Shown here: piece by piece, positions 47,093-57,361 of the stretch
How positions within the stretch are numbered: the stretch's first letter is position 1
How the letters are laid out: the number at the start of each line of letters is the position of its first letter
Origin: a phage
Sequence record: PX104379.1
Strand: one strand, 5' to 3'
DNA length: 64,000 nucleotides
Made by a program: the position numbers and the translations under genes
Notes under the pieces: model-generated
The model's database searches: none
What the model was told of the DNA's origin: nothing
What the model saw: the letters and a program-made list of their open reading frames with translations, nothing else

Positions 47093-47267
47093 GGAGTTTA
47101 ATTTCCTTAGCAACTGAACTAAATGCAGCACGATCGCAAATCATGCGTTTATGTAACTTGAGTATAATATAGCAAACTTCAAAACTATTTACATGAGTAA
47201 CGCGAACAGCATTACCATTAATAAGATAATACTGTCCCTTTTTAATTTCTTTATCAATCATAACCAT
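47085..47267 (-). CDS. hypothetical protein (60 aa)
   Basis: ORF track; downstream of an early promoter. Confidence 0.45.
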   Translation of the reverse strand: MVMIDKEIKKGQYYLINGNAVRVTHVNSFEVCYIILKLHKRMICDRAAFSSVAKEIKLHG

Positions 47268-47297
47268 ATCAATTCCTCAAAGGCAATTCATGTGTTA

Positions 47298-47327
47298 ATA
47301 ATACCACGGTTTGAACTTGTTGTAAAC
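47298..47327 (-). promoter_or_regulatory. T4-type early promoter
   Basis: Minus strand GTTTACAacaagttcaaaccgtggTATTAT. Confidence 0.6.
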
Positions 47328-47408
47328 AACTTTGTGAAAAATATTTTAGGGAATGATAAGAAAGGAACGATAGCTTAGAATGGTAATATACAGAATGTAA
47401 GAAAGAAA

Positions 47409-47421
47409 GGCCCAGAGGGCC
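47409..47421 (-). terminator. GC hairpin after nrdH
   Basis: ggccc-aga-gggcc. Confidence 0.4.
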
Positions 47422-47425
47422 CATC

Positions 47426-47749
47426 TTAGTCTTCTATGATATCTCTATCATATCCAAGTGAAATGAGAGTTTCTTTGAAGTGTTTAATGTTCTTTTGTCT
47501 GGAATCATTAATGAAAATGACTGGATAACGAATGTTAAGAGATGTGAATCCAGCGCGTTTAGCAAGAGATACAATCAGTTGACGATCATACTCAATCTTA
47601 CCATTATTAGTAAGAACTTTATAAAAAGTAAAAGGAGCATTGAGCTCCTTTAGAAGTTTTGTAACTGATTGACATCCAGGACAACGACCTACTTCATCTG
47701 GAATTCCATAGACTTCAATCTTATTCTTTAAGTTCGAGTTTTGTTCCAC
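47426..47749 (-). CDS. nrdH: NrdH-like glutaredoxin (CPGC)
   Basis: Probable GTG start at 47749 with AAGGA RBS; the upstream part of the track ORF overlaps the neighbouring gene. Confidence 0.55.
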   Translation of the reverse strand: MEQNSNLKNKIEVYGIPDEVGRCPGCQSVTKLLKELNAPFTFYKVLTNNGKIEYDRQLIVSLAKRAGFTSLNIRYPVIFINDSRQKNIKHFKETLISLGYDRDIIED

Positions 47750-48032
47750 GAGAAATAATTCCTTGGTAAGCCCAATAAGGAGGATTAACAGAATCCTCAC
47801 CAGAGTTTTCTTCAGGAAAATAAACCTGGATAACGAAGCCGGATTCATCAAAGGTAAAATAAACCGTAGGCAGTTCACCTAACAAATCGGCACGAGCGTT
47901 GATTTCTTCGAGGTCTTGTTCACGTCCAGCCCAGAAGCTTGGGTTCAGACTACATTCATAGAAATAATAGTCATTACCGAACATATCAAAACCATTCCAA
48001 CTCTCTACTACATACCGCTCAAAACTAATCAT
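47721..48032 (-). CDS. hypothetical protein (103 aa)
   Basis: ORF track. Confidence 0.5.
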   Translation of the reverse strand: MISFERYVVESWNGFDMFGNDYYFYECSLNPSFWAGREQDLEEINARADLLGELPTVYFTFDESGFVIQVYFPEENSGEDSVNPPYWAYQGIISRGTKLELKE

Positions 48033-48034
48033 AA

Positions 48035-48250
48035 TTAATCCTTTTTATCAAGAACCGCATTCAGCTTGTTAGTAATTTTATCCAGACGCTCATTGAACTC
48101 ACTAGAAGATAAGCCCTTTTCTGGAGAAATTAAACTAATCACGAAAAATACAACAATAAAAGGAATAAGAAAAATAGCTCCAACTGCCATAAACATAAAG
48201 AACGTTACAGTTGTAAGAAAATCAGCTAAACCTTTACGAAATTTATACAT
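48035..48250 (-). CDS. small membrane protein (71 aa)
   Basis: Hydrophobic FLTTVTFFMFMAVGAIFLIPFIVVFFVISLI. Confidence 0.5.
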   Translation of the reverse strand: MYKFRKGLADFLTTVTFFMFMAVGAIFLIPFIVVFFVISLISPEKGLSSSEFNERLDKITNKLNAVLDKKD

Positions 48251-48365
48251 ATTTTACCCTTAATTGATTAACCAAGCATTGATAAGCACTAAACTATATT
48301 GCGAATAAAATTCTGGACCAAAATGAAAAATCATATCATTTATAGTGTCCATAATATAATTCAAT

Positions 48366-48836
48366 TTAATCATGTTTCCACACCCCATCGGTATTTGACC
48401 AAAGTCGCTGATTATCTGATCCTCGCCACAGCTTTTTAGTCGGAAGATTTTTCTCATACTTCCCATCAATAATAACATCAACATATTTAAGCATTTCTAG
48501 TTGTTTAATATCTTCAAACTTATATCCTGTCCACAACCAAATGCTTTTATTGGGATAAAGATTTTTTACTGTTTGAACCACAGAGTGAATCACGTCTCTG
48601 TTATCAGGATAAAGAGGGTCACCTCCGGTTATAGTTAATCCTTCTATATAATCATTATTCAAACATTCAATTAATTGTTCTAGTGTTTCACCAGTGAATG
48701 GAATACCATTTCTAGCATTCCATGTTGATTTATTATAACACCCTTCGCATTTATGCAAACAACCTGTAACGAAAAGAACGACCCTGCATCCAGGGCCATT
48801 CACAAAATCGCAAGGATAAAATCTATCATAATTCAT
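48366..48836 (-). CDS. nrdG: anaerobic ribonucleotide reductase activating protein NrdG (radical SAM)
   Basis: 156 aa as T4 NrdG; Cys cluster CLHKCEGCYN. Confidence 0.85.
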   Translation of the reverse strand: MNYDRFYPCDFVNGPGCRVVLFVTGCLHKCEGCYNKSTWNARNGIPFTGETLEQLIECLNNDYIEGLTITGGDPLYPDNRDVIHSVVQTVKNLYPNKSIWLWTGYKFEDIKQLEMLKYVDVIIDGKYEKNLPTKKLWRGSDNQRLWSNTDGVWKHD

Positions 48837-50650
48837 TGGTGTTTAACCCTATGCATGATTTCTTTATTTTTACCGAGATTAAATCCACGTTCGTTCGGAT
48901 TTCCCAAATAACCACATGTTCTTCTTATTGTGTTCATCTTTTTAGGATCAGTTTCTCCACAAATAGAACAAACAAATCCGTTTTCAGTAGGAGTCATTTC
49001 ATGGGTACTTCCACATGTAAAACATTTATCTACTGGCATATTAACACCAAAATAATCTAAATGTTGTGCAGCATAATCCCATACGGCCTCAAGGCCTTTC
49101 AAGTTATTTTTCATATCAGGAAGTTCAACATAAGAAATGTGACCACCTGTCGCAATGAAATGATATGGTGCTTCACGAGAAATCTTTTCAAACGGAGTAA
49201 CATTTTCTTCTACTGAAACGTGGAAACTGTTAGTGTACCAGCCTTTATCAGTAACATCCTTTACACTTCCATATTTTTCTGTATCAAGTTTACAGAAGCG
49301 ATAACAAAGGTTTTCAGCAGGAGTAGAATACAAACTAAAAGCAAACCCAGTTCTTTCAGTCCACTGTTTAAGACGAGCATTCATTTTAGTTAAAATTTCT
49401 CGTCCAATATCACGACCGACAAGAATATTCAATTCGTGAATACCAATGTATCCTAGAGACACTGAACTTCTACCATTTTTAAATAACTCAATTATATCGT
49501 CATCAGGTTTAAGACGAACCCCGAATGCACCTTCTTGGTAAAGAATAGGAGCAACAGTCGCTTTAACTCCTTTTAAGGAACTAATTCTACACATCAATGC
49601 TTCAAAACACAGATCCATTCGTTCATTAAATAGCTCAACAAATTTCTGTTCATTGAATTGTGTTCCAATATAAGAATCTAACGCGATACGAGGAAGATTC
49701 AGTGTTACAACACCGAGATTATTACGTCCATCAAGAATTTCATTGCCAGTCGAATCTTTCCACACACTCAAGAAACTACGACAACCCATTGGAGAAACAG
49801 GAATAGATGAGCCGGTGATAGCTTTATTGTTCTTAGCTGAAATAATATCAGGATACATTCTTTTGCTTGCGCACTCTAGAGCAAGCTGTTTAATATCATA
49901 GTTCGGATCGTCTTTATAAAGATTAACACCTTCTTCAACAAACATAACAAGCTTAGGGAAAATAGGAGTTATTCCATCACGACCAAGACCTTTAATACGA
50001 TTTTTCAGAATTGCTTTCTGAATCATTCGTTCAGTCCAGTCAGTTCCCGTACCAAATGTAATTGTTACAAAAGGCGTTTGTCCGTTTGAACTAAAGAGAG
50101 TATTTACTTCATATTCATAAGCTTGGAATGCATCGTATACATCTTTTTCTGTTTTAGATTGAGCATAATTCAATGCATCAGCGATTTGCCATTTTTCTGC
50201 ATCCTCAATATGTTTTGCATAGGTGCGTTTAACATAAGGAGAAAGTACTTTATCTACATTAGCAAAAGTCGTTCCGCCGTATTGGTGGGAAGCAACCTGT
50301 GCAGTAATTTGTGCCATAATTGCAGTAGCAACACCGATTGATTTAGGAGTTTCAATCTGCGCATTACCTAGCTTAAATCCGTTCTCAAGCATTCCTTTTA
50401 AATCTACTAAACAACAATTAGTAAATGGAAGAGCAGGGGAATAATCAATATCGTGGAAATGAATAATTCCGCTTTCATGCGCTTTCATAATAAAAGACGG
50501 GACCATATTTTTGGCAATGTGTTTAGACACAATACCAGCCATAAGGTCCCGTTGAGTTGGAAAAACACGAGAATCTTTATTAGCATTCTCGTTTAAAAGG
50601 TCTTTATTAGTTTTATGAATCAATCCTTCAATTTCTTTTTCAATTGTCAT
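48833..50650 (-). CDS. nrdD: anaerobic ribonucleotide reductase NrdD, uninterrupted
   Basis: 605 aa; C-terminal glycyl-radical region and zinc ribbon; single continuous ORF. Confidence 0.9.
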   Translation of the reverse strand: MTIEKEIEGLIHKTNKDLLNENANKDSRVFPTQRDLMAGIVSKHIAKNMVPSFIMKAHESGIIHFHDIDYSPALPFTNCCLVDLKGMLENGFKLGNAQIETPKSIGVATAIMAQITAQVASHQYGGTTFANVDKVLSPYVKRTYAKHIEDAEKWQIADALNYAQSKTEKDVYDAFQAYEYEVNTLFSSNGQTPFVTITFGTGTDWTERMIQKAILKNRIKGLGRDGITPIFPKLVMFVEEGVNLYKDDPNYDIKQLALECASKRMYPDIISAKNNKAITGSSIPVSPMGCRSFLSVWKDSTGNEILDGRNNLGVVTLNLPRIALDSYIGTQFNEQKFVELFNERMDLCFEALMCRISSLKGVKATVAPILYQEGAFGVRLKPDDDIIELFKNGRSSVSLGYIGIHELNILVGRDIGREILTKMNARLKQWTERTGFAFSLYSTPAENLCYRFCKLDTEKYGSVKDVTDKGWYTNSFHVSVEENVTPFEKISREAPYHFIATGGHISYVELPDMKNNLKGLEAVWDYAAQHLDYFGVNMPVDKCFTCGSTHEMTPTENGFVCSICGETDPKKMNTIRRTCGYLGNPNERGFNLGKNKEIMHRVKHQ

Positions 50651-51120
50651 TTTAAACTCTTTCTAAGCTGCTTCTTAAATGAAGCTATTAACTGTGTTTT
50701 GGTGTCAGATTCATTATATTCAAATCCTCTTTGAAGCATCTCGGCCATCATTTCCTCTTTTCCTAAACGAGAAAATTCCTTTGATTTATCTCCAACAAAG
50801 TTAGGGTGAATATTATTTTGGGTGTAATCGGATTTTAAATAAGTAAGTAAATTTTCTAACCATTCAAGATAATCAACACCTTGTCCCTTTAAGCCAGAAC
50901 GATTAAATTTATGCTTCATTTGACCTTCTGCGGCATTGCATAGATTACAAAGCAATCCACGCACCTTTCCTGCTTTTGGTCCATTTAATTCATGGTCATG
51001 GTCGAGGTGATTAGCTTGAACATCAGGATTTAGTTCTCGTTGGCAAATTAAGCATTTACCGTTTTGTGCATTATAAAATTTTTGTTTTTCTTCTTTGTAT
51101 AATTTGCCAGTCAATAACAT
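50647..51120 (-). CDS. 49: endonuclease VII gp49 (Holliday junction resolvase)
   Basis: 157 aa as T4 gp49; zinc-binding Cys and His motif. Confidence 0.85.
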   Translation of the reverse strand: MLLTGKLYKEEKQKFYNAQNGKCLICQRELNPDVQANHLDHDHELNGPKAGKVRGLLCNLCNAAEGQMKHKFNRSGLKGQGVDYLEWLENLLTYLKSDYTQNNIHPNFVGDKSKEFSRLGKEEMMAEMLQRGFEYNESDTKTQLIASFKKQLRKSLK

Positions 51121-51162
51121 AATAAAACCCTTACCTTAAATAGATAAGGGTATTTATTATTT

Positions 51163-51666
51163 TCAAGTATTGTAAAACATTTGATTCAATCGCTTATATT
51201 GCCGAATCTTTTGGTCAGAAAAAGAAATTTGAGTTTCAAGCCATTCAATGTATTCTGCGGCAGCTTGCATCAGGTTACCTTCATAGCCATCGTTATTTTC
51301 TTGCGCAGCTAATTTAGCTAATGCGTATGAAATACGTTCACCTTGAAAATCGGCTTTAGGCTTCTGAACAACTTGATTAGTTCGCTCTACAACTTCTTCA
51401 ATTTCGCCATTTTCGACTGATTCAGTATTCCACAAGCACCAATACGTAATTGGCTTATCATAGATGTTAATAATCTTTCCATCAGAAAGTTCAATTTCAA
51501 TAATTCCAGTATCAGGCTCTATATCATCTTCACATTCTTTTGCAAGTTCACGAACTTTAAAGACAGTACCTGCACTAAGTTCCGGCCAGTAATTACACAG
51601 CCCTGTATCAGCACGATTAATTCTAAACCACTTATCTACTGCAATCATGTCCCATCTCCATATCAA
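51163..51666 (-). CDS. hypothetical protein (167 aa; Pin-like by position)
   Basis: Positional argument only. Confidence 0.4.
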   Translation of the reverse strand: MIWRWDMIAVDKWFRINRADTGLCNYWPELSAGTVFKVRELAKECEDDIEPDTGIIEIELSDGKIINIYDKPITYWCLWNTESVENGEIEEVVERTNQVVQKPKADFQGERISYALAKLAAQENNDGYEGNLMQAAAEYIEWLETQISFSDQKIRQYKRLNQMFYNT

Positions 51667-51771
51667 TTAAGTCATTTATCGTTGGTTCATTATACACCGT
51701 TTCTTCATCAGTGTAAACCGGTTCTTCCGGCTCTGGCTCTACAATTTCCCATCTAGCCGCCCACCAAGGTT

Positions 51772-52092
51772 TTATAGCGTAATCCATTCTCTTACTGTCT
51801 GAGTTACTACACGTTCTCGAAGCTCAACCAGTTCAACGGTAGGAACTGCATAATACCAATCAGAATGGTAAGAACCTGAGCGAGATTCATTTACAGCCAC
51901 ATGTACATTATGTTTTGGACTAAAATAAACACACTGACGATATTGGCATTTACCATCTTGCACCCAGTCTTCTATTTCGACAGGTTTAAGATAATCGGAA
52001 AAATCGAAATCATAGTTTTCTGAAAATGCATCATGGTCTTCAATGATTTCACTCAGAACTGCATCAACATCTAATTTATTTTCAATAGTCAT
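51772..52092 (-). CDS. hypothetical protein (106 aa)
   Basis: ORF track. Confidence 0.5.
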   Translation of the reverse strand: MTIENKLDVDAVLSEIIEDHDAFSENYDFDFSDYLKPVEIEDWVQDGKCQYRQCVYFSPKHNVHVAVNESRSGSYHSDWYYAVPTVELVELRERVVTQTVREWITL

Positions 52093-52102
52093 TTTTCACC
52101 AA

Positions 52103-52312
52103 TTAATTTCGCAATTTATTAAGTTCTTCATCATCAATCCAGGATTCTAGTCCTGTTGGCAGGTCACATTCAATTTCCCAAAGAAGTTCTTCAATTTTAT
52201 GAAGACGATCTAGTTCTTCAGCAGGAATAGTAACCATTGACGGAGCTCTTGCTACATTAATATCGTAAATCATATTTACCCCAGTTTGACCATACAATCG
52301 CCGTATTTCCAC
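52103..52312 (-). CDS. hypothetical protein (69 aa)
   Basis: ORF track. Confidence 0.45.
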   Translation of the reverse strand: MEIRRLYGQTGVNMIYDINVARAPSMVTIPAEELDRLHKIEELLWEIECDLPTGLESWIDDEELNKLRN

Positions 52313-52491
52313 TTAGAAATAGACTTTTCACCATTAGAATAATAAACTTCAAGTTTAGCACGATTATTTTTAATTTGAATAACCTTTGCTGTCATCAAAG
52401 TTCCATACCCATAATAAACTGCAACTTCATCACCTACATATACCGCGCTTCCGCGGTAATCGTGAATATAGTCAGTTCCTTCGAGCATCAT
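52276..52491 (-). CDS. hypothetical protein (71 aa)
   Basis: ORF track. Confidence 0.45.
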   Translation of the reverse strand: MMLEGTDYIHDYRGSAVYVGDEVAVYYGYGTLMTAKVIQIKNNRAKLEVYYSNGEKSISKWKYGDCMVKLG

Positions 52492-52751
52492 TTAAAATAT
52501 TCTCGCAGTTGGTCAAATCCACCAATATGACTTCCATCAGGAGCAAATACTTGTGGCATTGTCAAACCAATTTGAGTATCACGACCTAGTTTAGTCAGAA
52601 GCTCAGCGATTTTCTCATCATCAAAAACACCTTTTTCCGGCATAATGTTGATAAATTCAAACGGCTGTTTCTTCACGGTCAAAAGACGTTTTGCATTATC
52701 GCAATACACACATTTATGAATGTTGCTATCATAACCATATACTTTAAACAT
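52488..52751 (-). CDS. nrdC: thioredoxin/glutaredoxin NrdC
   Basis: 87 aa MFKVYGYDSNIHKCVYCDNAKRLL..., recognisable as T4 thioredoxin. Confidence 0.85.
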   Translation of the reverse strand: MFKVYGYDSNIHKCVYCDNAKRLLTVKKQPFEFINIMPEKGVFDDEKIAELLTKLGRDTQIGLTMPQVFAPDGSHIGGFDQLREYFK

Positions 52752-52752
52752 A

Positions 52753-52995
52753 TTATTCCTTAATTCCTAGTACTTGTTTAAAAGTCTCGTCGTAATCAAG
52801 ACTTTGGCCCGTTTGTTCTTTATGTTTGTATATAATATCACTTACTTCTGATAGCATATTTTTGTATGAACGAGTTACAGCAGATTTAAGCACGCTGTAT
52901 CTATCAGGAAATTTACCATGTTCATTATAATAAGCTATTGCTAATTCACGGACTGCCTTTTCAGCAGTCTCCATATATTCTTTACGCTTGGTCAT
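52753..52995 (-). CDS. hypothetical protein (80 aa)
   Basis: ORF track. Confidence 0.5.
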   Translation of the reverse strand: MTKRKEYMETAEKAVRELAIAYYNEHGKFPDRYSVLKSAVTRSYKNMLSEVSDIIYKHKEQTGQSLDYDETFKQVLGIKE

Positions 52996-52997
52996 TT

Positions 52998-53387
52998 TTA
53001 ATCCAAAATATTATTAGGCATTGGTTGAACACTCACAAGTTCTTTAAAGAACTCAGTAGAGTCAGGCAATTTAACCATTTCCGGAGCATGCTTACTGAAT
53101 TTATGTTTACATTGACGGCATTTATATTCAAGCTCTGGTTTACGCCAGTTAATCAATTGAACTTGTTCAGTACCGCATTCAGGGCAATTAGGAACGTTTT
53201 TAGAAGCTCTTTCACGTCGTTCAACCATAACCATAATAGCATCCCATGCTGGAGGTTTAAAATCTAAATCGTCGCAGCCGTGAATCTTTCCACGCATTTC
53301 CATATCATCTTCCTCACCAGCCATAATAATTTTAATTAAACTGGAATTACTTGAAGCTGCAATGTCTTCTAATAAACGCTTTTTCAT
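52998..53387 (-). CDS. hypothetical Cys-containing protein (129 aa)
   Basis: CPECG...CRQCKH zinc-ribbon-like pairs. Confidence 0.5.
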   Translation of the reverse strand: MKKRLLEDIAASSNSSLIKIIMAGEEDDMEMRGKIHGCDDLDFKPPAWDAIMVMVERRERASKNVPNCPECGTEQVQLINWRKPELEYKCRQCKHKFSKHAPEMVKLPDSTEFFKELVSVQPMPNNILD

Positions 53388-54313
53388 TTCAATACCTCAA
53401 TAGCATTACGTAAACCATTTGCTTTTGCATTAAGAGCTTTTAACAATTTGGTGTGTTCTGCAATTTGGGCTTCAACTTCAATCAAACGGGCATTGAGATA
53501 TTCACGTTCTTCGCTCAGATTATCAACCTTTTCTACTTTAGGCTCTTTTACAACTGTCTTATATGTATTAGGGTTCTTCAGTTTAATTAGAATGCGTGAA
53601 CTGTATAACATTGAACCATTATCTTCGGTTTCGTCATACATTTCCACTACGTCCATAATTTTTAACATCATGCGGAGTTTATAAGACAACGAACGAATAG
53701 TTTTGTTATGCTTATTAATTTCTTTAGCTGTCATGGTGCCGAGATTACGTGAGTAATAATAAGGAACCTGGATATTAATTAATACTGATGAACCACCTGG
53801 CTTGTGTGTTACTTCATCAGCAATAACCCAGTCCTTAACATGAACTGTATTTGTACGGTCATCACCCGCGGTAAACAGTTTTCGAGCATGCTTAAAAAGC
53901 ATATTCACTTGGTCATTGAATTGACAAGCAAATTTATCAGCAAATTTAGTTTCAGGAATGGTAGATAACCAATCAGCCAAATGAGTCTTTTTAACATCGT
54001 TAACAATAGTAAATTCAACCAAATCGGTTATAGATGTCTCAGATTTAATAAAGCTCGGCTTCATAAAGTTTTTAATGTTATCGTGAGCTACAGTAGAAGA
54101 TAACATACGAGAACGTTTAAACCATTCAAGCAAATTACCTAACGAATGAGAATAAGCGTTTTGAGTATCTTTACAGATATGATTTTCCTGGCCAACATAT
54201 TGAAGGAAATCACGAAGAATATTATTGATTACTGCTCTGTGTCCGATCTGATAATTACGATGTTTAGTAATAAGACTGTCAAAATAATCAATGTAATGTT
54301 TACGAGTTTTCAT
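53384..54313 (-). CDS. coiled-coil-tailed paralog family member A (309 aa)
   Basis: N-terminus MKTRKHYIDYF; mid-region IMDVVEMY; C-terminal heptad-rich segment. Confidence 0.55.
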   Translation of the reverse strand: MKTRKHYIDYFDSLITKHRNYQIGHRAVINNILRDFLQYVGQENHICKDTQNAYSHSLGNLLEWFKRSRMLSSTVAHDNIKNFMKPSFIKSETSITDLVEFTIVNDVKKTHLADWLSTIPETKFADKFACQFNDQVNMLFKHARKLFTAGDDRTNTVHVKDWVIADEVTHKPGGSSVLINIQVPYYYSRNLGTMTAKEINKHNKTIRSLSYKLRMMLKIMDVVEMYDETEDNGSMLYSSRILIKLKNPNTYKTVVKEPKVEKVDNLSEEREYLNARLIEVEAQIAEHTKLLKALNAKANGLRNAIEVLK

Positions 54314-54365
54314 GTTCTTCTCACTTGGTTAATGATTTATGCTCCGAGCCATCCTTGGCTTTAAA

Positions 54366-55367
54366 TTACTTAATTAACTGTAAAGCTTGTTCAAGACGAT
54401 CCAAGCGATTGACAGATTCTTCCCAAATCTTTTTAGCCTGCTCATATTCTTTCTGCGCTTTATTAGAAATTTCTAGAACTTCTTTATAAGCTTTTTCTAA
54501 TGCAATAACTTCTGGACGAATTTCTGCCGGTTCAGGCGAATCATCAAGATTATCCATTAGTTCCTCAAGGGTAGTTTCTTCTTTAGGAGTATTCACAATT
54601 TCCTCACATTTTTGTTGATAAATTTCTTTATCAGTAGGTGAATAAGCACATTTCACTTCACGAAGACTAATTACAATTTTATATCCTTCCCATCCGCATA
54701 TATTCTTAAAAGGATATGTATGAATATTTTCTACTGTTTCCATACAAAGTAATGCAGTCTCTAACTGACGAGTTATAGTGCTAGCAATTGAGAAAAATTT
54801 ATTAATATTCTTTTGGTTAGCGTTTGGTGTAAAAAATCCATAATTCACAAAAATAGCTACTTTATTTTCATCAAGCTCATATTCTTTTACAATAATCATA
54901 TCAGAAGCCAAAGGATGAATTTGACGATAATCGCCATAACATAATTTAGAAGCTGATTTTAGAATTTGTCCTTTGAAAAGTCTGAAATTACTAATCCAAC
55001 GACGAGTAAAAATATTCTCAGGGTCTTCTTTATTATTAAGATGATAAGAATTAACATCACCGAACCAATTATATCCTACTACATCTTTGGTTCGTTTAAT
55101 TTCTTTCCCAAAATTACCAAGAATATCCCGATTAACCAAATATGAAAGAAGACGAGACTCTTTAAAAGTTTTTTTGATAACATCTTTATCTACACGGCTA
55201 GAAATTTTACGAATTTCATGAATAAATTTAGTAGAAGAAACAATACTTGCATCAACACTATTGAGCCATTGATTGATAATAGAAAGAACGATATTTTGAC
55301 CAAACATCGGTATAGCTTTATCATCAATAACGCTGTTGAACGATTTAATATATTCGTTGCGAGTCAT
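54366..55367 (-). CDS. coiled-coil-tailed paralog family member B (~333 aa)
   Basis: Internal ATG (MTRNEYIKSF) preceded by GAGGAG; the track ORF starts 10 codons upstream. Confidence 0.5.
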   Translation of the reverse strand: MTRNEYIKSFNSVIDDKAIPMFGQNIVLSIINQWLNSVDASIVSSTKFIHEIRKISSRVDKDVIKKTFKESRLLSYLVNRDILGNFGKEIKRTKDVVGYNWFGDVNSYHLNNKEDPENIFTRRWISNFRLFKGQILKSASKLCYGDYRQIHPLASDMIIVKEYELDENKVAIFVNYGFFTPNANQKNINKFFSIASTITRQLETALLCMETVENIHTYPFKNICGWEGYKIVISLREVKCAYSPTDKEIYQQKCEEIVNTPKEETTLEELMDNLDDSPEPAEIRPEVIALEKAYKEVLEISNKAQKEYEQAKKIWEESVNRLDRLEQALQLIK

Positions 55368-55424
55368 ATTAATCTCCTCAGTAGAAAGTAAGAACATTAT
55401 ACCACATCCTTGTGGCGAAGTAAA

Positions 55425-56444
55425 CTAGTTTAGTGCATTTAGTGCGTTGTTCAGTTTAGAACGTTGCTTCGTGAGATTTTTGACTTTTTCTTGTGCTTTT
55501 TCTAGCATCTTTTCAGCTTCTAACACTTCATTGGTCGCTTTAACGAGTTCATCATCTACTGCCTTAAGAGACTTCTCAATCGCATCCGCGTGCCATTTTT
55601 CAACAGGTTTAAGACTCGGATTTTCAATAGGAAGAAAATTCGCTTTATTAAATTTCCATGCATCTTTATTACCTGAGCTATACATCCAAAATTTAGGATC
55701 GTTTGATGAGCAATTAGATAAATTTAAGTTATCTTGCACTTCCTGCTTTTTCTCTTGCGTGACTTCGTCTTTTCTCAAAAAATCATATTTAAATGAAACG
55801 ATCATATCAAGTTCATATGTTGTTGTATGTTCCCAATTTCGCTCAAAACGAGGTAAAATCTTAGACTGAACAGCGGCAACAACATCCATATACTTAAATG
55901 CTTCTGTCAACTGTGATTTAAGGCATTCACAAATTGAAAGAGAATTTTTTGTATTAGGTTTAAAGCTAATTCGTGCAGTTCTATTATTTTCTTTTAACGG
56001 TCTTACTTCCATCTGAAGAGTATAACCATCAAATTTCAGATTCTTTAAGTTAATATCAGAGCCTTTTAATCGACTAGCAGTAGACAAAATTTGCTTTAAT
56101 TGTTTACGAAATAGAGCAATAAATCTCCATTCAATACGATAATGATTTGGATTAAAAAATCCTGTTGATAAATCAACCTTACTCTGACCAACGCCTTGAA
56201 CAAATAGAGGATTTTTATAATCAATAGTTTTACAGAAATCGGTGAGCTGCTCACGAGCAGTCATTTGTGTAATATATCCCGCTTTACTAAAATGACGTAA
56301 CCATTCACTGCTATTCATATACTTAAAGTGAATGGAACTATTAACTCTATCAGGGTCTAAATTATTTTGGCACAAAAATGTCATAACATTACGGGTATAG
56401 CTGGCATTACGAACCATATCTTCAATTTGAGAACGAGTTTTCAT
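55425..56444 (-). CDS. coiled-coil-tailed paralog family member C (339 aa)
   Basis: N-terminus MKTRSQIEDM; YMDVVAAV block; C-terminal coiled coil. Confidence 0.55.
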   Translation of the reverse strand: MKTRSQIEDMVRNASYTRNVMTFLCQNNLDPDRVNSSIHFKYMNSSEWLRHFSKAGYITQMTAREQLTDFCKTIDYKNPLFVQGVGQSKVDLSTGFFNPNHYRIEWRFIALFRKQLKQILSTASRLKGSDINLKNLKFDGYTLQMEVRPLKENNRTARISFKPNTKNSLSICECLKSQLTEAFKYMDVVAAVQSKILPRFERNWEHTTTYELDMIVSFKYDFLRKDEVTQEKKQEVQDNLNLSNCSSNDPKFWMYSSGNKDAWKFNKANFLPIENPSLKPVEKWHADAIEKSLKAVDDELVKATNEVLEAEKMLEKAQEKVKNLTKQRSKLNNALNALN

Positions 56445-56452
56445 AGTGTTCC

Positions 56453-57361
56453 TTAAGATTTAAGTAAATCAACAATTTTAATTAATTTTTCACGCTCAGA
56501 TTTAGCTTTACTACTCAATCCAGATAGTCTGAAAATTTCATCGTCATACTGTTGAATAGAAATATTCAGCTCTTCAATTTGCTTATTAAAATAATCAATT
56601 TGCTCAGAATGTTTTTCATTACTGCGAACTGGTACAGGTTTTGTAGGCAATTTAGTTAAACTGGATTCATCCGGACGATAAATTAAAATACAACTTGAAC
56701 CAATCGGGCATTTAGCACCAGACACATATTCTAATGTTCCGGCTTCTTTTAAAACTTCAAAAGCTAAACAGAGATGATGCCCCATATTAACATAATCTGT
56801 AGAGCGAGCTCTGACGTAATAATCATCGCCGCGAATACTAAATTTAAAGCATTTAAGGTCTTCTGTATTATTGGTCTTAAAAATCATTTGTTTATCTAGA
56901 CCTTTAGCTAATCGAGCGCCTAATGCTAATAATCGTCGTTGATTTTCCCACAAATCTGCGATCATTTGGTCAAATGATAATTTCGGCATTAGTCGACCGT
57001 AAAGATCATAGCCTTTATTATAATTGCGAAGAATTTCACTCGCGTTAATACGAGACAACGCTCCAATTTTATTAAGGGCTTTCATGATGCGATTAGATAA
57101 ACCCATTCCAGACCCGTTTGTTCGTTGTAAATGTTTATCTAATCCAAACCCAATATCAACTTTAAATTTATCTAAAATTTCAGCATGAACATCTCTGTCA
57201 ATAACATTCAAATCCAAAGTTGGGTTAAATCTATGAAAAAATTTATCTGGCTCTCCACGACGAAGTACAGTCCATTCATTCAATTTTTTATTAACTAAAG
57301 ATTTAATTACTGCATTGACATTATTAATTACTACTGACATATTTTCCTCACTCAATTTCAA
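56453..57361 (-). CDS. coiled-coil-tailed protein D (302 aa)
   Basis: C-terminal heptad segment; weaker similarity to A, B and C. Confidence 0.5.
   Translation of the reverse strand: MKLSEENMSVVINNVNAVIKSLVNKKLNEWTVLRRGEPDKFFHRFNPTLDLNVIDRDVHAEILDKFKVDIGFGLDKHLQRTNGSGMGLSNRIMKALNKIGALSRINASEILRNYNKGYDLYGRLMPKLSFDQMIADLWENQRRLLALGARLAKGLDKQMIFKTNNTEDLKCFKFSIRGDDYYVRARSTDYVNMGHHLCLAFEVLKEAGTLEYVSGAKCPIGSSCILIYRPDESSLTKLPTKPVPVRSNEKHSEQIDYFNKQIEELNISIQQYDDEIFRLSGLSSKAKSEREKLIKIVDLLKS

Noticed and set aside
48260-48484. 74 aa ORF overlapping nrdG
   Set aside because: Out-of-frame overlap with a well-supported radical-SAM gene
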